64,000 bases of DNA from Trichosphaerium sp. ATCC 40318 (Eukaryota; Protista; Tubulinea). The stretch's first letter is position 1. Each line of letters begins with the position of its first letter. Below are positions 12,018 to 23,455 of the stretch, piece by piece. The stretch covers positions 310,001 to 374,000 of the forward strand of contig JALMLS010000564.1 of assembly GCA_038496445.1 (NCBI GenBank), read 5' to 3'. The position numbers and the translations under genes were made by a program. The notes under the pieces were generated by a model. The model ran no database searches. It was not told the origin of the DNA and worked only from the letters and a program-made list of their open reading frames with translations.

Positions 12018-14319
12018 CTACGACATTACTTTTGCCTTCTGTTTGGTCCTCTCCCTGTCAATGTACATGGCCTTTAAGGACAATGCTAATACGTAAACAG
12101 TTAGTAACGAAAGGTAACAAAAAAAACACAAATTATAAACCAAACGAACCTTTTGTCTTGTCAATGACTTGTTGGTAAATAGAGGATTGAGAGTTACCCA
12201 TGATAACGTTATTCTCTTGGGAGTCAATCTTGGCATCGAGTCTAGCATTTCTAAAACGGAAAAAAGTGAGTACACCGGGCAATGTCTCCGCACAAGCGAA
12301 ATGTCAAAAAAAACTGTTTTGTTTCATTTTTTTGTGCTTTTCTTTTTGGTTGTTGGACTCAGTCAGTAACGTAGATATCGACATGGCATCAATTCCGTCC
12401 GCCCGTTCGCAATGCATCATAGTCCAACAACCAAAAAAAAGAAACGAACAGTGGGTTTCTGTGACAGAAAAAAAAAGAAATCATACCTGATGAGGTTTAC
12501 AATCCATCTTTCAGCTTCATCCTTGTTCATGTTTAATTTTTCAGAAAGCATGCCAATATCAATACAACTGTGTATCTTACAGTACAACTCAAAAATGAGA
12601 AGTCTTGCGTTCTCGATGAAGTCTGTTTTGCATGTTTGCAAAAAGTAGTCTGTGTCGAGCAACTGTTCAAAGATGTGAGTAAATAGCAAGCGCGTAGATA
12701 AAGGTTTTTTTTTGTTTTGAAAAAACTCTACAAATACTCAGAACACTAGTTGTGCGTCATATAAACTCAGATGAGCTGGGTGTAATTCATCACGTAAAGC
12801 AAGGCTACAAAAAAGAAACACAAAAAAAATTCAAACAAAACAATTCTACGTAAAGTTTCGTTTTGTTGGGTTTTTTTTGTACCTCTTCACACTCCTTTAA
12901 CTTCTTTTGTGCTTCCTCAAAATCGAAGTTTACATAAAGAGCCGATACGAACTCAGTCAAAGGATCACTGTAGTTACGTTGTTCTTGTTTGATGACCTAA
13001 ACATTTCATGAGAAACCCAACGAACGAAATCAAGTTTTTTTTTTTTACCTCTACTAAGTTCTTCAAGAAGTTTCTTCTCTTTTTGTAAGTAACAACTGCA
13101 GCTGTCAAATACCGTAAGATATGTGGGCAAGCTGTTTGTATTGTGTTCAAATAGCGACTAAGATAACAGTTAAGCTGGTTTCAACAGCAAAATGAATTGA
13201 AACAAAAAATCAATATTTTGTTGTGAAAGAACTCTACAAAAATCAGAACACTAGTTGTGCGTCATATAAACTCAGATGAGCTGGGTGTAATTCGTCATGT
13301 AAGAAATAGACTTCAAAGATAAAAAATAATCGTTTTGAAAACAAATCAACTATCGACTACGGAAACTCGTTTCAAACAAAAAACATACCTGTCAGCAAAT
13401 AGCCATTCAACCATTGAAGTACGTCCCTCACGGGTGAGTACAAGTACAAATAAACTCCAGTGGATTAACCAAGTACGTTGGTGAAGTTGTTCAACAGGGC
13501 TGCTAAAGCTCTAAACAGATCAACGTTAGCATCTTTAAGCGTTATTTTCGTGTTTGAAAATGGTTTACCATTGAATCAACTACTGATCGCAAAGCTTCCA
13601 TTGCAGCTGTAGCGTGAGCTAATTTTTGAGTGTCTACGTCCTCACGATCAAGAACCAAAATGCTTGAGGCGAATTTTCCCCAAAGTACTGAAACAGACTC
13701 TTCACCGTCAGGTAGAAGCATGTGCAAGTAGTGGAGATACTTATTAAGCGTTTAGCGTGAGAAAATCATTCATGTCGTACATTGAAAGCTCTAGGGTAGT
13801 CTCCCGCTTGGAATAGCGCTTTGGCGAATACTTTAGTGTTCTCAGCGTCTTCAGCTGTAATCTAACGAAAGTTACATCGAAATTTTATTTAAAATGATAG
13901 TGTGCGGTGCGTACGTTCTCTGTTTTTAAGTGGGCAAGCGTAAAAGAGTTGGCATCGATCAAACGTTGTACTTCAGCGCTATCGTCGAATAATGTAACCA
14001 ACTTTTTGGCGTTCGTGAGGAGGTCATTTAAACGTGTTTTAACAGAACCAGCTCTATCCATCATCTCTACCAAAGGTTATTTTACAGATGCGTAATTATG
14101 AAAATAATAACCTTTTGGAGCCTCTTGGCCTGCATTTAACTCTTTAAACACCATTATGGCGTATTGCATAATATCGGTTTTTGTGAGCAGAGCGAGCTTC
14201 GCTTTTCCAATATCCTCACTTGGGTACAATGCTTTTGCTTCTAAATGAACAAGCAAAGGCAATACTAAATGCCTATCCAAGTATTGCCCCAGCGTTTTAG
14301 TGAGATCCCACTGCGCCAT
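12018..14319 (-). CDS. EIF3E: Translation initiation factor eIF3 subunit E (Int6), multi-exon
   Basis: '[23 protein letters not shown]', '[10 protein letters not shown]', '[12 protein letters not shown]', '[12 protein letters not shown]', '[20 protein letters not shown]', '[11 protein letters not shown]'. Confidence 0.97.
12355..12425 (-). ncRNA. Intronic box C/D snoRNA, U43/snR70-like (SSU rRNA Cm guide)
   Basis: The minus strand reads ATGATG(box C)...GAACGGGCGGA-CGGA(D')...CTGA(box D). It is enclosed by a long terminal stem (TTTTGGTTGTTGGACT/AGTCCAACAACCAAAA). ACGGGCGG is antisense to the conserved SSU CCGCCCGU motif, as in U43/snR70. Confidence 0.85.
12736..12796 (-). ncRNA. Intronic box C/D snoRNA, copy 1
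   Basis: Minus strand GTGATGA(C)-attacACCCAGCTCAt-CTGA(D')...ATGACG(C')...CTGA(D). The guide is complementary to the conserved LSU rRNA UGAGCUGGGU segment (yeast 25S Am2946/Cm2948 region). Confidence 0.85.
13241..13301 (-). ncRNA. Intronic box C/D snoRNA, copy 2 (near-identical paralogue)
   Basis: ~55-nt core identical to 12736-12796 except for the box C variant ATGACGA. It lies in a different eIF3e intron. Confidence 0.8.
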
Positions 14320-14608
14320 GCTGTGATAGAGATAAACAAATATTTGCACACAGAAATAAGCGAGAAATTATTGCAGCAAGTCACGCGTTTTCATAACTCG
14401 TCTAACACCTTTCCTCCTACCACCGGCGGTACATAACGCACTTCGTAACAAAACATACAGCAGATTTAAACAAGATTAATAAAATCAAAGTTATTATATT
14501 ACAGTGAAAAGAAAAAGCGGTTCGGTAATTGTTGTGAGGTGGTACAATGATTTTTCTCTACAAAGAATGACTTAACAAACAATACGGGAAAAAAAAAATG
14601 GCATACAT

Positions 14609-16308
14609 CTAACGATTGAGTGACGCCACAGCTGCCAATAGAGCCTTTCGTTGTCCTAATTGAAAGTGTCAACTACAATAGAAATGACTTCTCTTGGTCA
14701 GACTTACCAGGCACTGTAATATCCAAAAGATCAAGATCTTCCTCGTCAATAGTGCCAATGAGTTCCATAGAATCATAACCACCAGCAAAAAAAGCGTCAG
14801 CTAAGCTGACAAACCCTGCATCGCGTAACCACGCTGACACACCATCCTTCCCACTTGGATACGCTAAATCAACATTAATTACAAAATAACTTCTCAATCT
14901 CTCGTACACTTAGCGCCACGTGTTGCATGAGTGCCATTCGACTTTGGTGCTATAAAAATAGTTAGTACGAGTTGTAGTATTAAGTGATGTACCTCTAGCT
15001 TGAGATTGAAATATGTCTTGTTGCGCAGCTTCTTTCCGTTGCCATTCCAGTTCCCTAGCGCCAAAGTAAGAAATGAAACAAAACAATAGCCCACCTTTGT
15101 TGTTGTTCTCTAGCTATTTGAGATCTCTGAGCTTCAAGTTTAAGGCGCTCTGCTTCTAGAGCCTCTCGTTGTTTTTGTTCGGCCTGCTGCACTTCTTGTT
15201 TTGCGGATTGTTGGAAGGAAACGACTTCATCTTTAGCTCTTCGCTTTTCTTCCATAATACGCCGGCGGTCTTCCTATTTGAAACATTATACATGACGAAG
15301 CTTTCAAAAGGGTCTTACCTCAATTTTGCGACGCTCTTCTTGGAGCATGATCTGTTGTTTATCAGCCGCTACTTTCTTCTTCATAGCTTCCAATTTCAAC
15401 CTCTCTTGATCCAAGGTCTGTCGTGCTTGAAGCTTTTTACGTTCGTCTTCGATACGCTTGTGTATTCCATCACGTTCTTTTTCGAGTGTCTTTCTCAAGG
15501 CAGCTACTTCTCGCCTCTCTTCTTGAAGTTGCTCTGTCAACCTTGACATTGCATTAAAATTTTGACATGAAAAAAATTCTTACTGTCTAAACAATGCCAG
15601 TTCTTTTTGAGGTCTCTCTTTGGCTTCTCTTAACAACTGCTCATATGATGACTGTACATTCTCTCTTGCTTGTTCGGATTGCAATCTTTAAAACAATTGA
15701 GCCAAACATATCGCTATTGGAGAGTGTTAAGTACCTTTCATTGTGGAGTTTTTTTAACTCTTCTTTCATTGTAATAAAATCATCCTGCATTTTTTGTTTA
15801 TCTTGCTCAACTCTTTGTTGATACTCATCGAATTGTTGCCTCATAGCTTCAAACTTAAGACGGAAAATATTCCACAAATCCTCTTCACGTTTTTTCGTTT
15901 CATCAGCATTTTTTTCGAGTTGGTCAGTGACAGCTTTTTCCATCATACGTTCGATTTTTTCAAGTCTAGTGGGCTGATAAGCGTCATTTCTGAAAAAAAA
16001 ATTAAAAAGGTCACGCACTTAGTACCAAGTTTGTCTTTGAGCCAGTCTTTTACACCTTTGTTCATTTTAGCGTTTGCTTGGATATCTGCCTTTAATTCGC
16101 TTACTTCGCTGTCAACATGGTCTGTAATTTGGGTGAATGGCACATTTTAAAATGGTGGGGTACCTTTCATACGCTCCAGCGCTGGTCTGAAGTTGTTTTT
16201 GACCCATACGCCAATCTTTTCGATTTTAACAGTGTTTTCCTGTACCCCACTCTTCAATTCGTTAGCGTCCTTCGCTAACGTGCGTAATAACTTCGTTTTG
16301 GACTCCAT
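14609..16308 (-). CDS. Coiled-coil protein with C-terminal SAM domain, multi-exon
   Basis: Long E/K/Q/R heptad exons. C-terminal 'VSAWLRDAGFVSLADAFFAGGYDSMELIGTIDEEDLDLLDITVPG.RKALLAAV' is a SAM consensus. Confidence 0.8.
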
Positions 16309-16494
16309 AATCGCGCTACCAAATAATTAAAGTGTCTACAAGAAAATTATTTGGATTGTTCTACAACGAAATAGCTCATTACAAATGTACCTGCGTGGTG
16401 GTCTCTTGATGGCGTTTTTTGAGGCTTTGTAAGCGGACGGTCAGTATAAGTAAACGTCACTAAAATTGTTTGTCAAATCGAGCTTGATTAGAAG

Positions 16495-17666
16495 ATGCAG
16501 TTCGTTTACAATTATTTAAAAGACGAACTAAAAGTTTTTCTAACATGCATTACGTTTTTGACAAGAATACCTGGTCCTAAATGGGTGGGACACGATCCTG
16601 ACTATCTTGCAAGGAGTACACTGTATTTCCCAGTTTTAGGTACGGAGAAATGGCTCTATACACCTGTTTTACGCATAAGTAGGCGTGATTGTCGCTTTCT
16701 GGGGCTCTGCGTTTTATTTTATCGGTCATTTGGGTTGGTCGCCTCTTATAGGTGCATGTATGTGCACAGCATCTACAGTATGGCTCACAGGCGCTTTTCA
16801 TGAAGGTACACCAACTTTACACTGTTTTCTCAACTTTTATTGACATAAAATCAACAAGACGGTCTTGGAGACACTTGTGACGGATTCGGCGGTGGCTGGG
16901 GTAAAAAACAAATCTTGACCATCATGACAGATAGCAGACTTGGAACGTATGTTATTTTTTCAAGAAGCGTTACTGTTCCCAATTTGACAGTTTTTTATTG
17001 TTACGTTTAATATTAATCCTGTCCTCAGTTATGGTTGTATTGGTCTCTTACTTGTTGTAACTATGAAAATTCAAGCTTTAACTCATATGCCAAGTGCGTA
17101 ATCTCACTACCTATCAGTCAAGTACCTTTTTTCTTATATTTTACTTGACAGGTATTGACATGGCTATTCGTGCTTTGATAGCTGGACATGTCCTAGCCAG
17201 ATGGTGTTGTATTCCATTAATACATTTTTTGCCATATGCTGTGGAGGAAACAGATAAGGGAAGCTTCCTTAGGTAAATAGTATAGACTGGGTCTCTTTGC
17301 TAAACTTTTTTTTTTTGATTAGACGTTCATTCATGGGCTCCGCTACACCTTTGAGGATACTCCTCGTTTCCATTCAATCTGTAATATTTGTATCCCTTGC
17401 ACTACAAAATATACCTCAGATTATAGCAGTATTAGCAATGGCTGTATTCATAACAGTAGTTGCTAGATACTACTTTTATTCCGTATTACAAGGGTACAAA
17501 ACGAAATCAGATTTCACTTTCAAATCTAATTCTATGTAGTTTTACTGGGGACAATTTAGGAGCGTGCAACCAGATCGTTGAGCTTGCAACTTATATGGTT
17601 CTCACATTCTCTTGTTCACGCGCTATGAATACACTACAAGAGTATAACCTCATAACATACTTGTAA
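16495..17666 (+). CDS. cobS: Cobalamin synthase (adenosylcobinamide-GDP ribazoletransferase), multi-exon
   Basis: 'ITFLTRIP', 'LTGAFHE|[30 protein letters not shown]|YG', 'G|[14 protein letters not shown]', with multiple TM segments. Confidence 0.93.
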
Positions 17667-17845
17667 AGTATTATAACTTTTTTTGGCCGGGTTATTGTAT
17701 TAATAAAGCACAAAGGAGAATAATTCTATGTATACCTTACGCAAGGTGAAGTATAATGCTATAAGATAAAACAGTGACATAAAGTTACTCTCAGTGTTGG
17801 ATTGTTTGCTGGATGCTACAGAACATACCAAAGAATACCAGTGGA

Positions 17846-17916
17846 GAGCCAATGGTGTAACGGAAGCACATGGCATTGAAGGTGCTACGGTTCAGGTTCG
17901 ATTCCTGGTTGGCTCA
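17846..17916 (+). tRNA. tRNA with GAA anticodon (Phe), atypical body
   Basis: Cloverleaf: acceptor GAGCCAA/TTGGCTC+A73, D arm GTGT-AACGGAA-GCAC, anticodon arm TGGCA-TTGAAGG-TGCTA, 4-nt variable loop, T arm TCAGG-TTCGATT-CCTGG. Confidence 0.85.
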
Positions 17917-17924
17917 CATACTTA

Positions 17925-18010
17925 GCAGAGGTGCTCGAATTGGTTAATGAGGCTGTGTTCAGGACACAGTGTGGTAAAGCCACGTGTGGGTTCGAATCCC
18001 ATTCTCTGCA
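17925..18010 (+). tRNA. tRNA-Leu(CAG), class II
   Basis: Acceptor GCAGAGG/TCTCTGC+A73, anticodon arm CTGTG-TTCAGGA-CACAG, long variable arm GTGGT-AAA-GCCAC, T arm GTGGG-TTCGAAT-CCCAT. Confidence 0.9.
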
Positions 18011-18019
18011 TTTTTTTTT
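18011..18019 (+). terminator. RNA polymerase III oligo-T terminator
   Basis: T9 run immediately after tRNA-Leu. There is no T-run between the Phe and Leu genes. Confidence 0.8.
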
Positions 18020-18135
18020 ATCCTATATCTGTGACAGATATTGCGTTGCATATGACGTAGGTGGAGTATTCACACGGAGTAAAATAGGTCAAAAAAAAAA
18101 AAAAGCTTCCCATTTTTTAGCTTCTCAAAGTGCTA

Positions 18136-18217
18136 CCGTCTGTGGTGTAGGGGTATCATGCCAGAACATTCCTTTGAGTATGGCGAGGCGACCCGGGTTC
18201 GAATCTCGGCTGACGGA
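18136..18217 (+). ncRNA. tRNA-like Pol III RNA (tRNA-Gly-like D/T arms) with a non-canonical anticodon region
   Basis: Acceptor CCGTCTG/CTGACGG (6 of 7 pairs), intact A box (TGGTGTAGGGG), B box/T arm CCGGG-TTCGAAT-CTCGG and downstream TTTT. A 28-nt segment replaces the 17-nt anticodon arm. Confidence 0.65.
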
Positions 18218-18446
18218 AATACTTTTGCAAGGACTGTCATTCTTCACTGTGAGCTTCTTAGTGGTTTGCTGAATAAGATTGTATATGGTGTTTGCAAAAA
18301 GCACGTGAGATACGTTGCTTTTCTTTCTGCCACCAAAGACCTATTATATCTCGACCGTTTAAGATGAACGTGGCCGTCAATTTTTGCAAACTTGTGCACA
18401 CTTAGTATGGTCAGCTTAAACTTCTCTTTTAGTTTATTTCGGGTGG

Positions 18447-19654
18447 ATGGAATCACAACTGTTCAATTTAATACAAACAGGGTCCCTACAGCGCGTTGAG
18501 GCGCTATTACGTGGTAACTCAACTATTGATGTAAACTCGCAAAATAGCTCTGGACAGGTACGGTAAAGTGGTATATAGCGTAATTAGCATAATATCTAGA
18601 CACCATTGTACTGGGCTGCCGAATGTGATACCAGCGGCATAGCAGAACTGCTCATTGCAAAAGGGTAATGCCTATTACGGCGTTGGTAGGCCTAACCACA
18701 AATAATAGAGCACGTTTGGACATTCCAGAAAACTACGGATTTACACCACTTCATCTGGCTGCTTTCCTTGGCAAATCTGCTACTGTTGAGGTATTTTTGA
18801 AGCAAAACGTAAACCCAAACACGCGTACGTATCGCATCATCTTACAAGCGTAATATTCGCCTAGAGAATAAGAGTGGCTCAACTCCGCTACACTTGGGTT
18901 GCAAGAACGGACATTTGGGATGTGTAAAGCTGCTTTTGGAAGTACACAATTACCTTTAGATAAAATTGTTATTAAACAGACTGCAGGCTAGTGCAAACGT
19001 ACTAATAAAGGATAAAAAAGGTAATACACCACTACACTATGCAAGAGATAGAGGTATTCGTGAACTAGTAGAAGCCAGTATAAAAATACAGATTAGCAAA
19101 ATGAACGAACTGTTGGGTACCTACATTTAATATTAGTCATGCAATAACATACTGTGACTCATATTTATGCTAAGGCATCAATGACTCCAACAGAGGGGAG
19201 ACCCCAAGAGAGAAAAAAATGTACATAACAATTTATTTGATTGTTTGAATCGTTGATTGTTGACACTTGTTCAGGCTTAAAGTGATAGATTTACTACAAG
19301 CAAAGGTTAAAGTTGAGGAAGACCGTAGAGTAGACGCTAGTAACAAACTAATCAATGACAAAAAAGACGAGATACGCAACCTTAAAGTACATCTCTCTTT
19401 TGATTTTGTGTTTATTTGAAAAAAAAACTAACTGCCTTTCTTTGTAGTTGCAACACATTGAGAATATTCGACAAATGCGTGAAAAAAATGAGAGACAAAT
19501 AGAGCAGCTCCAATTAATTCAACATAGAGAACTTGACCGTCTTGGCAAAGAAACTAAAAAGCCGGGTTCAAACATTGAGTCTTTGTGTAGCACAGAGCTC
19601 GCGGATACTCTCACTCAGCTGCTAAATGATGGTTTGTTAGTGTCGGCAGTATAG
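18447..19654 (+). CDS. Ankyrin-repeat protein with C-terminal coiled coil, multi-exon
   Basis: 'GQ|TPLYWAAE', 'GFTPLHLAAFLG', 'GSTPLHLGCKNGH', 'GNTPLHYA'. Confidence 0.9.
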
Positions 19655-20301
19655 ACACATGATGACATCTTATGTCAGTATGACAGAGAAGACTTTGTCG
19701 GCGTTTGTAATTAAAAGAAAAAAGTTTGTTGGCACTTTTTTTTTTGGTCCCGTTGAGTATTTCTTGTTGTTTTGTACGTCTCAATAGTTGCGCGAGGTAG
19801 CGTAGGGAAGGCATGGGAACTATTTCACCAACAGAAATGTATGTGATAATTTCTTTAGCGTTAAAATACTTACTTTCGTAGAAACCACATCAGCGTTGTC
19901 ATTCTGTCAGCGTGCGGGATATTAGCATTTTGTTTAATAGCTGTAACCATCTATCATGTATTTTATACGTATTACTGGTCAAAGAGGCATTATTTTGAGC
20001 GTTTGACGTAATATACGCGCTCTAAACGAATGTAAAAAAGCTGCTACGTTGTAGCGCACGCTGTGAACGCGTTGTACTGCACAAGCGCAATAAACACTTG
20101 TATAATTGTAATGTGTTTCCATAGCATGGAGAAAATCGGCATTTAGCGCCACTTTCCAAACTAGCATGTAATTCTTATGGTTTGGATCTGCTTTTGCTCT
20201 CTGCGCACGTATGAATACGTGCTACACGTATACAATGGGCAGATTGTGCATTGAATTGACAGCTGTCAACATGTTTCTTTAAAAGCGTCAAAACACACTA
20301 A

Positions 20302-22099
20302 ATGGCAACGGATAAGAAGTTTTACAAGATAGATATGCATACGCACATCCTACCAGAGAATATACCCAACTGGAAGGAAGATTTTGGTTATGGCGGGTTT
20401 ATACAGCTAGAACATCACAAACAAGGATGGGCAAAGATGATGGTGCACTCATTAAAAATAATGTGAGCTAACTTTTGTAAATAGAAGGACACTGGGCAAT
20501 TCTTTAGAGAAATTGAATCAAATTGCTGGGATCCTGTTGCTAGGATGAAAGATATGGATGAAACCGGCGTAGACGTACAAGTTATTTCAACAGGTAAAGT
20601 TTAAACGTTTTTTTTTGTTCAAACGATGCTGTTAGTATTTATACTAACCCCCTTTAGTGCCAGTGATGTTTAGGTACCTCCCAATAAATTTAATTAACGG
20701 CTGAAGTTAACGGAATTTCAAGTTATTGGACAGAGCCCGTACATGGCCTTGAAGTCTCTAAATTTTTAAACGACGACGTTGCAAAGACATGTGCAAAGCA
20801 CCCAGACCGTTTTGTCGGTTTAGGTACTCTACCTATGCAAGCGCCCGATCTTGCCGTAAAAGAATTACGCAGATGCGTCAACGTACGCATCAACTGGCCT
20901 TTACAATAAAATCCTAAACGAATCTAGGAGCTTGGATTAGCAGGCGTTCAAATCGGTAGTCACGTAAATAAATGGAACTTGAACGCTCCTGAACTGTTTC
21001 CAATCTTTCAGGTAAGCATTAAAGCCATTTAGAAAAAAAATTAATCATTTTAAATCAAACTTCTCTAAAATTCGTTGTTATTGGTATTCACGCTTATAAA
21101 GCGCTTGTACTATTTTTTTAAAGTATGTGTGGGTGTGTATTTGGATTAACTTTTTACGTAGGAAGCTGAAAAACTTGGTACATCAATTCTAGTACACCCA
21201 TGGGAAATGATGGGTTTTGATGACATGCCAGAGTACTGGTTGCCATGGTACGTTTTCGAATCAACCTTTTTATGAGTTTACACAATGCTATCGTGGTTAC
21301 CTTGGTACCTATGGCGTTTTTAAGGGAAATGGAGATGTTATAATGTAAATGCAAACTTGTTTGTTAATGTATTTTTTTAGGCTTGTTGGTATGCCAGCAG
21401 AAACATCTCGTGCTATTTGTTCAATGATTTTTGGCGGTGTTTTCGAAAAGTAAGAATCCACACTTTACTTTACAATAGCTTTAGAAATTTAAGGCACCTG
21501 TGCATAATTTTTTTTGAAGTCATTTGATTTTTCGCGTTTGACATTTCACATTGTTTTTTTTGTTCTAAATTTTTTGTTTTTAGGTTACCAAACCTAAAGG
21601 TAGTCTTCGCACATGGTGGAGGTTCATTTCCAGCAACTATTGGAAGGGTCGAACATGGTTTCAATGTTCGTCCAGATCTTTGTGCTAAGGATAATAAAGT
21701 TGGACCAAGACAATATGTACGGGATACAGTTAAACATTCATATAAATTTGAATTTTTTTGTTGACAATTGTTTTGTAGTTGAAGAGGTTTAAGATTGATA
21801 GTATTCTTCATGACAAGGAGGTTACACGTTTTACTGCAGAATTGGTAGGTAAAGATTCTATACTACTCGGTTCTGACTATCCATTCCCACGTACGACTTT
21901 AATCTTTTTCTTCCTTTTGGTTGTTTGTTTCGGGCTAATTTTTTTGAAAAAAGTTGGTGAGCACGTTCCTGGTAAGTTAATTGCTGAGGAATGCGATTTC
22001 CTAACGGATGAGGAAAAGACGAATATTTTGTCAGAGAATAGTATTGATTTCTTTAAATTGGATAGAAATACGTTGTATAAAAAACCTGGCTGTGAATAA
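20302..22099 (+). CDS. ACMSD: 2-amino-3-carboxymuconate-6-semialdehyde decarboxylase (amidohydrolase), multi-exon
   Basis: 'KIDMHTHILP', 'NCWDP..RM', 'VQVIST|VPVMF|SYW', 'LVHPWEM', 'YWLPW|LVGMPAET', 'FAHGGGSFP.TIGRVEHGF', 'LGSDYPFP|LGE'. Confidence 0.96.
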
Positions 22100-22493
22100 T
22101 AAAAAAATTGGAAAAGTTTTTTTCTTATACTACACCTCTCAAGCAGCGGTAAAGTGACGTGTTACTCCTACTATATGAAAATACCGTTACAAGTTTATTG
22201 GTTGCCATGTGTTAGTACTCTGTTCGTTGTTTTGTTAGAATGCTTAAGCGGTTTGGTGTTCACTTTTAAGACATGGAGGAGAAATCACTTTTTTCGATTA
22301 AAACAATAATACGCCACAACAGCCTTTTCTGATCACCGATTGGCTTTTTTGGTATGGCTATAGTATCTTCGGCTCATTATTGACCCGAAAAGAGGTGTTT
22401 AGTAACAGTATAGACGTTAACGCCAGCAAGTAGTAACGGCCTGCGGAGAATTAACTCTGACAAGCGATGAGACGTAGATAGAAGCCACCAGCT

Positions 22494-23069
22494 ATGAATA
22501 ATAGACAATGGTACTTTGCGTATTAAAACAATATCAATTCTACATGCTATACGTGTACCAACACTAAATGTAGGCCTAATTGCTACCTCCTTGACTTGCC
22601 ACTTGAAATACAAGTAATAATAGCAGACACTGACGCTGAGGCTTATATAAAATGGCCGTTGCTATGTATGGGTACAGCTACAACGTCCAGATACAATTAT
22701 AAACTTGAAAAGGATGGCTACTTCGCTAAAAAGTTCAAAAACAGAAAGCAAAACAGAAAAAGAGTTCTTTTTAAGAATGGTAAAAAGATAGAATGTAAGA
22801 GATATCATGTATGTGGTGAGTTGTATGTAAAGTATTCGTATAGAGGAAATCAAAGACATGGAGAATTCCTCATGTTTTTTGATAACGGACAAATTCATAA
22901 GTCATTTTCTTATAAAAACGGACTTAAACTTGAAGGAACTTGTAAATGGTGGTACTCAACTGGCGAACCTTGCAAACCTTTATGTCATTGCACAGGTGGA
23001 TGTGATATACCTGTTGCAGTAGACGCTGTAAATAAAGAAGAATCTGCAACGCAGAGCACTGAGCTGTAA
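22494..23069 (+). CDS. F-box-like + MORN-variant repeat protein (1 intron)
   Basis: An intron at ~22511-22571 joins MNNRQW|PNCYLLDLPLEIQVIIAD. Repeats 'YRGNQRHGEFLMFFDNGQI..SFSYKNGLKLEGTCKWWYSTG' are MORN_2-type. Confidence 0.65.
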
Positions 23070-23455
23070 TTAATAGAATTTATTATTCCGTGCTAAATTC
23101 AACAAAAAGACCAAGAAAGGACTCTGTCGCGAGGATGGCTTTCTTGACTTTAGTTGGTTATGACGAACTGAGCTTATAGCAAGTTGGACTACTAACACGA
23201 GTATGCAGTTCGTAGAGCAACACTTAATAAATTTAAAGTAGGGCGAGTGTAGGTTTAGGATTTTTCTTATTATTTTAACATTTTTTGTTTAAAAGTACAC
23301 GTGATTTTTTGAGTATTGATTAACTCATTGTACAAAAGAATCGGGTTTTACGACAGCCATAATTAGGGTTATTAGTACGAGGCATCGAGAGTCATCGTCG
23401 ACAGCCAACTGGTTCTGGGCAACAAATAAAGTTCGGTAGAATATCTCGTCGCCTT

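Noticed and set aside
12736-13301. Direct repeat read as CRISPR or mobile-element ends
   Set aside because: There are only two copies, both intronic, and C/D boxes plus an rRNA guide explain them as snoRNAs.
17925-18010. Possible CUG codon reassignment via the CAG-anticodon tRNA
   Set aside because: It has A73 and U33 (Leu-type, not the G73/G33 of CUG-Ser tRNAs), and a CTG codon falls at a conserved Leu in XPD (YLLNP).
17931-18272. 113-aa ORF in the track
   Set aside because: It overlaps the tRNA-Leu and tRNA-like genes and is spurious.
19611-20272. Minus-strand ORFs between the ankyrin gene and ACMSD
   Set aside because: No consistent spliced frame or recognisable motif. At most an antisense transcript from the ACMSD promoter.
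23362-23371. TTAGGGTTA telomere-like 9-mer
   Set aside because: Isolated, with no clear surrounding structure. A few such 9-mers are expected by chance in 64 kb.
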